A stretch of DNA of 64,000 nucleotides, from assembly GCA_964252035.1 (NCBI GenBank), contig OZ176204.1, one strand, 5' to 3'. Below are positions 63,661-64,000 of this stretch, piece by piece (the first letter of the stretch is position 1; every line of letters starts with the position of its first letter). Origin of the DNA: Podarcis erhardii. Taxonomy: Eukaryota. A model generated the notes under the pieces. The model was given only the letters and a program-made list of their open reading frames with translations. It searched no databases and had not been told where the DNA came from. The translations under genes and the position numbers were made by a program.

Positions 63661-63944
63661 CTTCCTCTCAGTTCTGTCTCATTGGTCCAAGCAGTGCCAA
63701 TTCTAGCTTTTTGGGGTGGGTGAGTGGGTCTGGACGAAGTGCTGTCAGTGTGCCTCATTCATGAGCATGGTTGCCACTGCCTATTTGCTTACCTTTCCCC
63801 TTGGGTCCAATTGGTACCGCCTCCCAGAGGAAAAGAACAAGAAGTGTGCAAACCATTGTTCTTTCTCCTCCTTGCTCCTCTCACTACTTGCTTGCTCAAG
63901 GGAGCAGTCAAGCGGAAGATTCAAGAGGCTGCAGAAAGGACAGC

Positions 63945-63981
<37 letters not shown>
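63945..63981. repeat. (TTG)n microsatellite
   Basis: Directly visible. Confidence 0.95.
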
Positions 63982-64000
63982 AATTTATTATTTGTATCTG

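Overview
Vertebrate (squamate, probably lacertid lizard; inferred from Sauria-type SINEs and the repeat spectrum) genomic window carrying the conserved SEMA4G-MRPL43-TWNK cluster. SEMA4G (+) has 13 recognisable coding exons from 21213 to 45715; its signal-peptide exon was not located. MRPL43 (-) has 3 exons (155 aa) and TWNK/Twinkle (+) has 5 exons (680 aa); they are arranged head-to-head around a CpG island. Introns and intergenic DNA are dense with TA-flanked Tc1/mariner-type MITEs, hAT-like MITEs, LINE 3' ends (L1, L2, CR1), SINEs and microsatellites. The most striking structure is a 400-bp insertion with a 14-bp target-site duplication sitting inside the MRPL43/TWNK bidirectional promoter. 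It forms a near-perfect 168-bp-arm palindrome, and each arm carries a minimal type I hammerhead-ribozyme motif of the kind found in Penelope-like retroelements. All analysis was by eye; no database searches or folding computations were run.
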